Source: a virus (lineage: Duplodnaviria; Caudoviricetes). From it: a stretch of DNA of 39,734 bases. Location: positions 1 to 39,734 of the IMG/VR virus record IMGVR_UViG_3300050162_000101. The stretch is one strand, 5' to 3'. The translations under genes and the position numbers were made by a program. A model generated the notes under the pieces. That model ran no database searches. It was not told where the DNA came from and was given only the letters and a program-made list of their open reading frames with translations. Shown piece by piece: positions 9,311-17,974 of the stretch. Position 1 is the stretch's first letter; each line of letters opens with the position of its first letter.

Positions 9311-9587
9311 TCCCCTCGACGTCCTCCGGGCTTGGCTTCTCAAGAAGATCAAGGCGCGAATTATCGCCGAAAAACTCGCAACCATGAAACTTCTGACTCG
9401 GAAATTCCCCGAGGTTGGGCATGGTGATAAGTGTCCCGTCTGCGGATCCGCAACCTGGATTGAGTCTGTTGACGTTCCAGTCCGTGCCGCTCCGTTCATG
9501 ACGACCGTATGCGCTTGCGGGTGGAACAATCGCCAACAGCCTCAAGCGACGGTAACGACACCGACAACGGAGCCTCCACGTGCCTGA
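9303..9587 (+). CDS. Small Zn-ribbon-like hypothetical protein
   Basis: CPVCG...CACG; overlaps both neighbours and fills the gap between them. Confidence 0.55.
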   Translation: MRSPLDVLRAWLLKKIKARIIAEKLATMKLLTRKFPEVGHGDKCPVCGSATWIESVDVPVRAAPFMTTVCACGWNNRQQPQATVTTPTTEPPRA

Positions 9588-10713
9588 CGAAATCGTCACC
9601 CTAAAAGTCAACGGCAAGGCCTTCTCGTCCTGGGAGTCCCTGACCCTCACCGAAAACCTGGACGAGGTGGCCGACGCATTTTCCTTCTCGTCGGGCTTCA
9701 ACCCGAACCGGTCCGACCTTGTGGAGTCCTTCCGCCCCATGGGGTATCAGCCATGCACCGTCGAGATCGACGGGGAGCTGATGCTGACGGGGACTCTCGA
9801 GTTCCCGCAGACCTCGACCAGCGCCGACAGCCGTGACCTCAACGCGCAGGGCCGGAGCCTCCCCGGCGTCCTGGTCGATTGCCCCATCGACATCGTCAAC
9901 GGCCCTCGTGACCTACAGTGGCGCGACGTGAAACTGGGCCGACTTGCGACCATCGTCGCCACTCCCTACGGTATCAAGGTTGTCACCCCTCAAGGCGACT
10001 CGGGAACCATCAAGATCGCCAACAGCTTCGGGGCCGACACGGCGACCGTAGCCAACGAACCGGCAACGGGCCTCATCAAGGCTTCACCCGGTGACACCGT
10101 GGCCGCGTTCCTCGTCGGCATCGCCAAGCCCATGGGGTGGCTGCTGAACTCGTCTCCCAAAGGTGAGCTCCAACTCGTCCGCTCCGAAACGAACCTAACC
10201 CCCGTCGCCAAAATCGAAGAGGGGAAAGGCTCTTTCCTCGGCGCTCGTTCCGGCGTTGACGGGACGAAGCTCTTTCAGAAAACCCGCGTCATCCAACAGA
10301 TGGGCGGATGGCCTGACATCAAGTCAGACGCCACGAACCCAGCCGTCAAGCTCTACCGCCTCAAGATGACAGCGGGATCGTCGGGCAATCCGTCGCAACT
10401 TGCGACCTATGCCCAATGGGACCAAGCGACCGCGCTGGCCGAGGCTTTTTCCCTTGAGGTTGACGTGACCGGCTGGAAAACCGACGCTGGCGTTCTGTGG
10501 CGCAAGGGCCAAGCCGTCTCCGTCCTCGCCCCCGGTGCGTTCATCTTGCGCGAAACGGATTTCGTCATCGCTGGCGTCACCCGGACGCTTTCTACGGAGG
10601 GCCGGACGACGACCCTGCGCCTCGTCTTTCCCGGTGCCTACGCCGGGACATTGCCGAGCCTCTACCCATGGTCGGAAGTTATCCCGGCCCGCAAAGCCTT
10701 GAGGGGGGCATGA
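9580..10713 (+). CDS. Baseplate hub protein, Mu gpP/gp44-like
   Basis: FSSWES, VEIDGELMLTG, GRS..GVLVDC and VTGWK..G.LW motifs. Confidence 0.85.
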   Translation: MPDEIVTLKVNGKAFSSWESLTLTENLDEVADAFSFSSGFNPNRSDLVESFRPMGYQPCTVEIDGELMLTGTLEFPQTSTSADSRDLNAQGRSLPGVLVDCPIDIVNGPRDLQWRDVKLGRLATIVATPYGIKVVTPQGDSGTIKIANSFGADTATVANEPATGLIKASPGDTVAAFLVGIAKPMGWLLNSSPKGELQLVRSETNLTPVAKIEEGKGSFLGARSGVDGTKLFQKTRVIQQMGGWPDIKSDATNPAVKLYRLKMTAGSSGNPSQLATYAQWDQATALAEAFSLEVDVTGWKTDAGVLWRKGQAVSVLAPGAFILRETDFVIAGVTRTLSTEGRTTTLRLVFPGAYAGTLPSLYPWSEVIPARKALRGA

Positions 10714-11225
10714 TGGGACTTTACGCCATGATGTGCGAAATCCGTTCGGGCCGAATCGAACGCGCCCCCGAGTCACTGGGCAAGGCCATCGTCGTCGACG
10801 CCTCGCTCTTCGGGGCGAAGTACACCCCCGAGGTCTGGAGCGTGGCCGGGGTCTGGGCCGTTCCTCCGGACGGAAGCCACGGCGTATACTTGCCCGTGGG
10901 GGGCTCCGACCGCTTCGGCGTCGTGGTGGCATCACAAAACTACCTCGTAGCCCCGCCGACGCTTGCCAAGGGCGAGACGGCCATCGGGTCCACGACGGCA
11001 GACGGGGCGACGATCAAGGCCCTTGCCGTGGCCCGTGCAGACGGGACGTGGGAAATCAACGGGGACTCAAAGCGACTGGTCCTTTGGGACGACCTGACTA
11101 CGGCGCTGGCGACCTTCCTGACGGCGCTCAAGGCCCACCTGACGGCGGCTGGTGACCCGTCGGCGGGAACCCTGACGCTCGACATTTCGGCCACGAAGAC
11201 GACTACCATAAAGACGGGGGGCTAG
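10710..11225 (+). CDS. Baseplate spike protein, Mu gpQ/gp45-like
   Basis: GVWAVPPDGS and LAKGETAI motifs; ATGA overlap at 10710. Confidence 0.75.
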   Translation: MMGLYAMMCEIRSGRIERAPESLGKAIVVDASLFGAKYTPEVWSVAGVWAVPPDGSHGVYLPVGGSDRFGVVVASQNYLVAPPTLAKGETAIGSTTADGATIKALAVARADGTWEINGDSKRLVLWDDLTTALATFLTALKAHLTAAGDPSAGTLTLDISATKTTTIKTGG

Positions 11226-11231
11226 TGTATC

Positions 11232-11672
11232 ATGGCAAGCATGGACCAGTTCGACGGCGACCCTTTAATCGTAGACCTCGGCGACGGTGGCGACCTCAGT
11301 TTCTCCGGTGGCCAGCCCGTCATGAGTTCCGGCATCGAGAACGCGGCGTACCTGAGCCTGTTCGTTGACGCGAACTGGTGGGGCAACGACATCGACCCGG
11401 CGAACCCCGGAGCGACGGGGAGCCACCATTTCCTCAAGCTCATCAGTAACGCCAAGCTCACGCCGTCGATCCTGACCGACGTCGAGGCGGCCGCGAAAGC
11501 TGACCTTGCGTGGATGATCACCGACGGCGTGGCGAAGTCGGTTGATGTGTCTTGCTCGATCACCGGAACCGTGAGAATGGGAATCGAAATCACCGTGACG
11601 GAGCCAGATTTTTCGACCACCGTTGTCAGGTGGAAACTCAACTGGGACCGCATGAGTCTGGAGGCCGCATGA
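11232..11672 (+). CDS. Baseplate protein, Mu gp46-like
   Basis: LSLF..NWWG and DLAWMITDGVAKSVDV motifs. Confidence 0.85.
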   Translation: MASMDQFDGDPLIVDLGDGGDLSFSGGQPVMSSGIENAAYLSLFVDANWWGNDIDPANPGATGSHHFLKLISNAKLTPSILTDVEAAAKADLAWMITDGVAKSVDVSCSITGTVRMGIEITVTEPDFSTTVVRWKLNWDRMSLEAA

Positions 11673-11694
11673 TGACACGCTACGAGGTAACCCC

Positions 11695-12795
11695 ATGACA
11701 ATCCCAACTTTCACCCAGCTCCGCGACCAGATTATCGGCTACGTCGAGGCCAGGCTTAACCAGTCAGTCCCCCGCTTCGCCCGTGGCTTCGTGACCGTCA
11801 TAGCCTCCGCCGTGGCTGGCGTCATCGGCCTCGCCTACCGCTTCGTCTCTTGGTGCCTTGACCAAACCCAGCCCAGCACGTGCAACGAGTTTTGGCTCGG
11901 CGTGTGGTCCGACCGCTACGGCATCGTCCGTTCTCCCGCCGTCGCCGCAACTCTCACCCTGGCCGCGACCGGTTCCCCCGACGGGTCGACCATCCCGGCG
12001 GGCACCCTATGGACCACGGCGGCAGGCGTCATCTACCAGCAAACCTCCCTCGTCACCATCGCGGGTGGCGTAGCCTCGCCCGTCGTGACTTGCTTGACCG
12101 TCGGCGTTGCTGGCAACCTTGCCAACGGGTCGCCCCTCACGCTCGTCTCACCCGTCTCCGGTATCACGCCGTCGGCAACCGTGGCCGGAACCGTGACCAG
12201 CGGCGTCGACCGTCAGTCCCTCGCCGACTGGCGGGCCGAGGTGTCCAACCGCATCCGGTACAAACCCCAAGGCGGGGCCATCCCCGACTACGTTATTTGG
12301 GCGCTTGAGGTTCCCGGCATTGTCAAGGCGTTCGTCAAGCGACCGTCCCCCGGCGACGTGAATGTCTACCCCCTCGACGCTACCACGGGAACCGGACGCC
12401 TCGTCGACGCTCCGAAGCTCGCCGAGGTTCTGGCCTACCTTAACGACCCGATCCGCAAGCCGCTGGCCGCGAACGTGTACGCCGTCAGCCCGACCGAGCG
12501 AACGTGCGCCGTGACAATCACATTGGCCACGATCAACGGCGCAACCTTGAGTGCGGCGCAAAAGACGGCGGTTGAGACGGCCATCACGGCGGCGCTTTAT
12601 GCGGCCTACCCCCGTCAGTACATCGACGAGCCGAACCCGACTGATACGGTGTCCACCGGTATCGTCTGGACGGCGCTAGTGGCTCAGGGCGCAACGGCGG
12701 CAAGCGTGACCATCAATATCTCGGGCATCGGTGGTGGCCCCTACGTGCTCCCCATCGGTGAAATCGTCGCTCCGGGGGTGTACACGTGGGCGTAG
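11695..12795 (+). CDS. Baseplate J-like wedge protein (Mu gp47-like)
   Basis: TIPAGT, GVAGN and PQGGAIPDYVIWALEVPG motifs. Confidence 0.9.
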   Translation: MTIPTFTQLRDQIIGYVEARLNQSVPRFARGFVTVIASAVAGVIGLAYRFVSWCLDQTQPSTCNEFWLGVWSDRYGIVRSPAVAATLTLAATGSPDGSTIPAGTLWTTAAGVIYQQTSLVTIAGGVASPVVTCLTVGVAGNLANGSPLTLVSPVSGITPSATVAGTVTSGVDRQSLADWRAEVSNRIRYKPQGGAIPDYVIWALEVPGIVKAFVKRPSPGDVNVYPLDATTGTGRLVDAPKLAEVLAYLNDPIRKPLAANVYAVSPTERTCAVTITLATINGATLSAAQKTAVETAITAALYAAYPRQYIDEPNPTDTVSTGIVWTALVAQGATAASVTINISGIGGGPYVLPIGEIVAPGVYTWA

Positions 12796-13388
12796 TCCTA
12801 GAGGCCGTCAAGTCCCTCCTCCCCGCTGGCCGACTCCGACTTAAAGGCGACGGCGGTGCCATCACTGGCGGCATGGCCGACGCGGTTGACGCGCTCAAAG
12901 TCGAGGGCCGCAAGGTACTAACCGAGTCATGGCCCGGCACCGCCGTGGACACCCTGCCTCAGTGGCATGAAACGCTAGGCATAGCCTATGATCCGACGGC
13001 CAGATCAACCGCTGAGGCGCAAACGATGCTCGCCGCCATGGAATCGGGGCGGGGCGGTAATACTCTGGCCAGTCTGCAAGCGCAACTCGACAAGGAGTTC
13101 GGTGGTCGCGTCGTCGTCTCTGAAGCGTACATCACGGGCGCTTCTGGCATCGCGGTGTCAGGGCTGGCACGGTGCGGGCTCTCGTCCTCGATCATTTACA
13201 GCCTAGGATATACCGTGTCAGGCACCGTCTATTCGTCCACAGAGGCCGAACGGGTAGGGGCCATCCTTGCCCGCTACGCTCCGGCGCATTTGGAACCTAA
13301 CTCGATCTTGACCGACTTGTCTGCAACGTCCATCGCCCTGTCAGGGCTTGCAAGAACTGGTATCGCCCGCACGGGCAAGGCGTCCTAA
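12786..13388 (+). CDS. Baseplate wedge protein, Mu gp48/DUF2313-like
   Basis: SLLPAG, P.TA.DTLPQWHETLG and YAPAH motifs. Confidence 0.8.
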   Translation: MGVVLEAVKSLLPAGRLRLKGDGGAITGGMADAVDALKVEGRKVLTESWPGTAVDTLPQWHETLGIAYDPTARSTAEAQTMLAAMESGRGGNTLASLQAQLDKEFGGRVVVSEAYITGASGIAVSGLARCGLSSSIIYSLGYTVSGTVYSSTEAERVGAILARYAPAHLEPNSILTDLSATSIALSGLARTGIARTGKAS

Positions 13389-13436
13389 TGCGCCACGCCA
13401 ACCACCGCCCAGGCGGACAAAACATGGAGGAAAATC

Positions 13437-14459
13437 ATGAAAAGAACAACCGCCGCCGGTAGCTCCGGGGGCCTTTACGTCGATTACTCGGCGGGTGTCC
13501 AGCCTGGAACCTTGCTTTGGGCCGAGGACCGGAACAACATCCAAGAGGAAATCTGCAATCTCATCGAAGCCGTCGGGTGGTCACTTGACTCGACCGACAA
13601 ATACCAGATGCTTCGGTCTAGCATCGCCATGTCCCACCAAGTCGGTGACCTCATCATGCCCGAACTCAAGCTCACGCCCGTCACCGTGGCCGCGAGCAAA
13701 TCCACGACGAACCCCGGCTTCCCGCTGTACCTCCCGATCATCGACCGCACCGACGCCGACCACGACGTGGCATCAACCCAGGCTCCCGACCTCGTGACGG
13801 CGTTCAGGGCGTATGCGGCGAACGTGCTGGGTTCCGTGTCGTTTACGGCCACCGTAGCCGGGTCCGTGCTCACGTTCGCAAACACAACTGTAAACAATGC
13901 GCTTCTGGCGGCGATATCGAACGACGCACTCGTCCAGCGGTGGTTCTCATCTTCGCAGTCCGCGACGTACGCGGCATCAAATGAGGACTTCGGGAACCCA
14001 CGATGTCTCAACATCGCAGGCACCGACTTCGCCATGTCGGCAATCAATACAGGAGCGCGCACCATCACCGTGACGGGCACCCCGACGGCGGGCTCTCAAA
14101 CCGTGATTTTCTACCCCTACCGCATCGCGGGGTCCACGACGAGCGTAAGGCTTCACAGGCTGTCGGGATTCGTGCCCGTGGCGTCGGGCGACTCGGATGG
14201 CGTGGAGATTGATGGGCTAAGGCATATGGACATAGGACAAGGACATTTTCATAATTTGGCAACTAACCCTGCAGCTTCCGGAGGCATTGGCTATCCCGTC
14301 ATCGCATCTCAGACGTCCATCGCCTCTGTGAGTATATCTCCTCCCGTCACAACTATGGTTAACGACGGCACCAACGGTACCCCCCGCACCGGGAAAAACA
14401 CATCCCCCCGCTCTCACGCTCGCCGGGTATACACCTGGGTGCAACGGCTCTTGACGTAG
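13437..14459 (+). CDS. Tail fibre protein
   Basis: N-terminal PGT...AED.NNIQEEICNLIE anchor; C-terminal QGHFH...DGTNGTPRTG; SD GGAGG. Confidence 0.8.
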   Translation: MKRTTAAGSSGGLYVDYSAGVQPGTLLWAEDRNNIQEEICNLIEAVGWSLDSTDKYQMLRSSIAMSHQVGDLIMPELKLTPVTVAASKSTTNPGFPLYLPIIDRTDADHDVASTQAPDLVTAFRAYAANVLGSVSFTATVAGSVLTFANTTVNNALLAAISNDALVQRWFSSSQSATYAASNEDFGNPRCLNIAGTDFAMSAINTGARTITVTGTPTAGSQTVIFYPYRIAGSTTSVRLHRLSGFVPVASGDSDGVEIDGLRHMDIGQGHFHNLATNPAASGGIGYPVIASQTSIASVSISPPVTTMVNDGTNGTPRTGKNTSPRSHARRVYTWVQRLLT

Positions 14460-14462
14460 CCC

Positions 14463-14491
14463 TTGACGTATCGTATACGGCGTATTACACT
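14463..14491 (+). promoter_or_regulatory. sigma70-type promoter overlapped by inverted operator-like motif copy 2 (14469-14489)
   Basis: TTGACG-17 bp-TACACT; reverse complement of 14469-14489 is TGTAATACGCCGTATACGATA. Confidence 0.72.
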
Positions 14492-14513
14492 ATTGCCAGT
14501 GAGGCAATGCGCC

Positions 14514-14636
14514 ATGATTGAGTACACGTTTGAAGAATTGAAGGAAATACACGAGAATCACAATTACTGCAATGATTGTGATTGTATCGAGTGTCGAGAG
14601 TATCGGCGTCAAGTCGCCGAGAAGGAAGAAAAATGA
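14514..14636 (+). CDS. 40-aa Cys/His-rich micro-protein
   Basis: MIEYTFEELKEIHENHNYCNDCDCIECREYRRQVAEKEEK; SD GAGG; ATGA overlap with 14633; below ORF-track cutoff. Confidence 0.65.
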   Translation: MIEYTFEELKEIHENHNYCNDCDCIECREYRRQVAEKEEK

Positions 14637-15304
14637 CCTACTACTACACCGCCCTATTCCGTCCATCGACGGGCGAAATTCAGTACGCCGAGCACTTCGA
14701 GGACGAATCCGAACGCGACAAACGCGCCAGCCAGCTTGAACCCGAAGCCGCAAGAATGAGCCCCCCCGACGTGGACGGCGAGCCGACGGAGGATTCGTGG
14801 TTGTGCTATTCAGGCCCCGACCCGGTAGAGGCCGAGCTGGTCCGCATGGGGGCCAAGCCGACCAAGGACGAAACCGTGGCTGAGGACGACCCGAAGGACG
14901 TGGCCATCGCCAAGTGGCAAGCCTTCGCCGACCGGGTGGCCGCCGAGGCCGCCGAGGCCGCGCTCAAGACCACATCCATCCTCACCGCCCCCGAGCACGA
15001 CGACCGCCACGAGGCCCGCGAAATCCCCCCGCTTCAACTCGCCATGTCCGCCGTCGAGAAGGCCACTCAGGCCGTCCTCGACGCCAAGCAAGGGACAGAC
15101 GCGCTCCAACTCAGGGCCGACAACCTTGCCGCCGAAGCCTACGGAACGGGGGCCGCTAGCGAGCCCGAGGAGCGCAAGCAAGCCCTTCGGCGCAAGGCCG
15201 TGGACGCCCAAGCCGAAGCCGACAACGAAAAGGCCCGGCTCTACCACGCCGAGCAAGACCTCGCCGAGAAGATCAAAGCCGTGGAGGGTCTTAAAAATGC
15301 GTGA
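14633..15304 (+). CDS. Hypothetical acidic coiled-coil protein
   Basis: ATG 14633 with SD AAGGA; helical Ala/Glu-rich C-terminal half. Confidence 0.75.
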   Translation: MTYYYTALFRPSTGEIQYAEHFEDESERDKRASQLEPEAARMSPPDVDGEPTEDSWLCYSGPDPVEAELVRMGAKPTKDETVAEDDPKDVAIAKWQAFADRVAAEAAEAALKTTSILTAPEHDDRHEAREIPPLQLAMSAVEKATQAVLDAKQGTDALQLRADNLAAEAYGTGAASEPEERKQALRRKAVDAQAEADNEKARLYHAEQDLAEKIKAVEGLKNA

Positions 15305-16088
15305 AGCCGCGTTGAAGTACATCGCCGCCGTTGCCGCTTTTTTTGTCCTGGTCCTGGTCGTTGCGCTTCTGGCTGGGTGCCAGTCTCCAACATCGACCCG
15401 GGAAACTGTCAAGGAAACTGTCACTGTCCAAGTGCCACCAGATGTACCTACCGCCACCTCGCCAACGGGTCAAAAAATCTACGTCGTAAACTCGCTGTGG
15501 AAAACCGTCAAAAGTGACACGCTGTCTAAATCGTTGGTGCATTCCTTGGCCCGTGACATAACGTCAACGGATTTGCTCCAGCAGGAAATCGACGCTTACA
15601 ACGCAGCGAACACCGACGACCTTTTGCGCCTATACTATGGCGAGGTTCCCCCGGTGAGTGAGGCCCCGACGGTTGACGTTTTTGTGGTCAACCCCGTGAC
15701 CCACGAAATAAACTCCCAGGCCCTCGGAATCGAGCGTCAAGCCCTCATCGACGACCATGATGCATGGGTGATTGAGGCCCAGGCCCAGGAGCTTTACATT
15801 GACCACGTACCCCCCGCCCCTCCGAATCCCGCCGACGTGACGCCATACGCCTACTATGCGATCTACGTCGTCAACGCCGACGGGTCAATCGAATACGAAG
15901 ACCATTGTGGCTACTTGCCGGACAACACCTTTGACGGCGCGTGGATTTTGGACCAAAACCAAGGTGGATGGCACACGCTGGAGTCGTACTTTTACCAGAC
16001 ACAGTCCACGTGGGATGGGTATGTCGCCGGCCACGCCGGATCATACAAGGTGCTGAGGTCGATCTACACCCCGCCGGTGACGCCATGA
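15297..16088 (+). CDS. Lipoprotein with three internal repeats
   Basis: Hydrophobic signal and lipobox LAG-C28; SD GGAGG; IYVVN/VFVVN/IYVVN repeats. Confidence 0.75.
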   Translation: MREAALKYIAAVAAFFVLVLVVALLAGCQSPTSTRETVKETVTVQVPPDVPTATSPTGQKIYVVNSLWKTVKSDTLSKSLVHSLARDITSTDLLQQEIDAYNAANTDDLLRLYYGEVPPVSEAPTVDVFVVNPVTHEINSQALGIERQALIDDHDAWVIEAQAQELYIDHVPPAPPNPADVTPYAYYAIYVVNADGSIEYEDHCGYLPDNTFDGAWILDQNQGGWHTLESYFYQTQSTWDGYVAGHAGSYKVLRSIYTPPVTP

Positions 16089-16327
16089 CCCCGCTTGACT
16101 GGATCCTTGCATCCATGGTCGTCGGGCTTGCGCTTGCTCTGTGGCGACAGATTGGCGTGGCTGATGATGAGCGTAGGGAGCGCAAGAGGGCCGAGTTGAC
16201 AATCAAGCGTATCGGCGAAGCCGTGGCCGCAAACCGTGGTACCGTGCAACTCGGCTTCGACGTGCAGAAAAACGGCGTCGAGGTCGGGGCCACGATCATC
16301 ACCCCCGAGGTATACCCCGGTGGCTGA
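16085..16327 (+). CDS. Small membrane-anchored hypothetical protein
   Basis: N-terminal TM (WILASMVVGLALALW); ATGA overlap. Confidence 0.6.
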   Translation: MTPLDWILASMVVGLALALWRQIGVADDERRERKRAELTIKRIGEAVAANRGTVQLGFDVQKNGVEVGATIITPEVYPGG

Positions 16328-16973
16328 ACAGGACGTTCGCAAGCTCGCCAAGGATCTGCGATTGCTCTCGGCCAGCTCATTCAGCGAAGCCACGGCGGCG
16401 GCGATAAACCGCGTCGCCCACGCCGCGAACGTCGCCCAGGGCTTGAACGTCCGGCGTGACTTCGCGCTCCGAAATAAGTTCACCCTAGGCTCGCTCATGA
16501 TGTTCAAGGCATCGCCGAAGAAGGACGCCAACAAGATCGACGCCCTAGTCGGGTCGAAAAGCCCGTACCTCCCCGAGCAAGAGGCGGGTGGCGATGCCGT
16601 GGGCAAAGATGGCAAGCCCTCGAAGATCATGCCAGCCCTCGCTTCCCGTCGTGGATCATGGGCCCGGCCCGTGGCGTCCCGGTTCCGGCTCAAGGCCCTT
16701 GGACCAATTGGTCGGCGCATGGGCAACGGTAGGATGACCCCCAAGGGGGCAGCCGCGTTCTGGCTCAAGGGTGGATCGCTGAAGCAGAAGACGCTTTTTT
16801 ACCGCACCGGGAAAAAACTCCTGAAGGTCCGCATCGCTACAAAAGGTCCGGTAAAGATCAAGCCCACCCACTGGCACACAAACGCCATGGCCCGATTTGG
16901 TAAGCCGTCCGTCATGTCGGCCGCATGGGGCGTCGAACTCGCCAAGGGCTTGTCAAAGCTGGGGGCGAGGTAG
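16320..16973 (+). CDS. Basic protein, lambda gpZ/minor-tail-Z-like (putative)
   Basis: ATAAAINRVA...RNKFT pattern; very Lys/Arg-rich; GTG 16320 with SD GAGG. Confidence 0.5.
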   Translation: MAEQDVRKLAKDLRLLSASSFSEATAAAINRVAHAANVAQGLNVRRDFALRNKFTLGSLMMFKASPKKDANKIDALVGSKSPYLPEQEAGGDAVGKDGKPSKIMPALASRRGSWARPVASRFRLKALGPIGRRMGNGRMTPKGAAAFWLKGGSLKQKTLFYRTGKKLLKVRIATKGPVKIKPTHWHTNAMARFGKPSVMSAAWGVELAKGLSKLGAR

Positions 16974-17102
16974 TAATTAAAGTGACCGGTCACCACCGCG
17001 ACCGAAAGCACGTGCAGAGGTGTGGTGTTGGTGCAGACACCGGGTAGGCGTTACGCCGCATTCAAGGCACTCGCTGACGGGAAGCGACATCGCCGTCAGA
17101 TC

Positions 17103-17128
17103 AAGCTCCTTCGGGGGCTTTTTTATTT
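17103..17128 (+). terminator. Intrinsic terminator
   Basis: AAGCTCC-TTCG-GGGGCTT followed by TTTTATTT; cUUCGg loop. Confidence 0.85.
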
Positions 17129-17135
17129 CCAGGGC

Positions 17136-17165
17136 TTGACGAAACGTAATACAGCGTTTACGCTA
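17136..17165 (+). promoter_or_regulatory. sigma70-type early promoter overlapped by operator-like motif copy 3 (17145-17165)
   Basis: TTGACG-17 bp-TACGCT; CGTAATACAGCGTTTACGCTA. Confidence 0.78.
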
Positions 17166-17181
17166 TGGGAAGGAGGTACAC

Positions 17182-17454
17182 GTGAGTACCAAAGCCAAGT
17201 TTCTGATTTCAACGCGCATCATGCGCGACTCTTACTTCGCGGTGACCAAGCTCATGCCGGTCATGGACCGAGACCAGTCCTACGTCATCAACAAAGCCCT
17301 ATCCCTCGGCCTCATGGTCATGGGTGAGGACCCGGCACGGATGACGCCCAACGAAGCGACCCGCGCCGTCATGGCCACCCAGGGCGAGGTCATCCGCGAC
17401 CTGACGGCACGGCTTGAGCCCAAGGACCGGGAAGCGGTCGAGGTGAAGGCGTGA
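17182..17454 (+). CDS. Ribbon-helix-helix transcriptional regulator (putative)
   Basis: Beta-strand KFLISTRI, helix, then DRDQSYVINKAL as in Arc/CopG/MetJ folds; strong SD AAGGAGGT. Confidence 0.6.
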   Translation: MSTKAKFLISTRIMRDSYFAVTKLMPVMDRDQSYVINKALSLGLMVMGEDPARMTPNEATRAVMATQGEVIRDLTARLEPKDREAVEVKA

Positions 17455-17792
17455 GCCTTGTTTCGTTGGGATCGACCCACGATGAGTTCTACACACCGAT
17501 GTATCGAAGCGCCGGGCCATTGGGGGTGCATCACTTCGCTACATGGCCCGCTTCCCGCCGTCTCCACTTCCCCTTCGGTCGCCGTGGCGCGTCGGTCCTT
17601 CCCTGGACATGCACTCGCTCCGAACTCATGGCGGGCGTCCTGACAGAGGAATGTGCCCGCGTGGCCGAGGCTCGCGCCAAGGTGAGCTACAACCCCATCG
17701 GCGTCCAGATGATCCTCGACCAGCGCCGCAAGCTGACGACGAGGACGAACGCGCGGCAGGGGTGGGACAAGTACGGCGAGGTGATCGCGTGA
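17451..17792 (+). CDS. Hypothetical protein
   Basis: GTGA coupling at both ends. Confidence 0.6.
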   Translation: MSLVSLGSTHDEFYTPMYRSAGPLGVHHFATWPASRRLHFPFGRRGASVLPWTCTRSELMAGVLTEECARVAEARAKVSYNPIGVQMILDQRRKLTTRTNARQGWDKYGEVIA

Positions 17793-17974
17793 CGCGGCGA
17801 GAGCTTGAGGTCGTCGAAGAGGCGCTCATGGCGTGCCTTCCTATGGTCACCGACGTGATTGACAGCCCCGAGACGGGCAAGAAAGAAAAATCTTCTGCCC
17901 GCGTTTTGCATACGAAAGTCACGTTCTCGCTGGAGAAGATCAAGACGGCGCTGGCTAGTGGGGCGATCGGATGA
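17789..17974 (+). CDS. Hypothetical protein
   Basis: GTG 17789 with SD GAGGTG; ATGA overlap with next gene. Confidence 0.6.
   Translation: MTRRELEVVEEALMACLPMVTDVIDSPETGKKEKSSARVLHTKVTFSLEKIKTALASGAIG

Noticed and set aside
2028-13388. Transposable Mu-like prophage
   Set aside because: No MuA/MuB, no host-DNA ends, and the packaging module is lambda-like.
13437-14459. Diversity-generating retroelement or invertible tail-fibre cassette
   Set aside because: No reverse transcriptase, invertase, second fibre tip or template repeat seen.
17003-17082. Hammerhead ribozyme or c-di-GMP riboswitch (CGAAA, CTGACGG)
   Set aside because: CUGANGA core and required stems do not match.
17022-17327. 101-aa ORF across the intergenic region
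   Set aside because: Crosses a terminator, a promoter and the RHH gene; no clear support.
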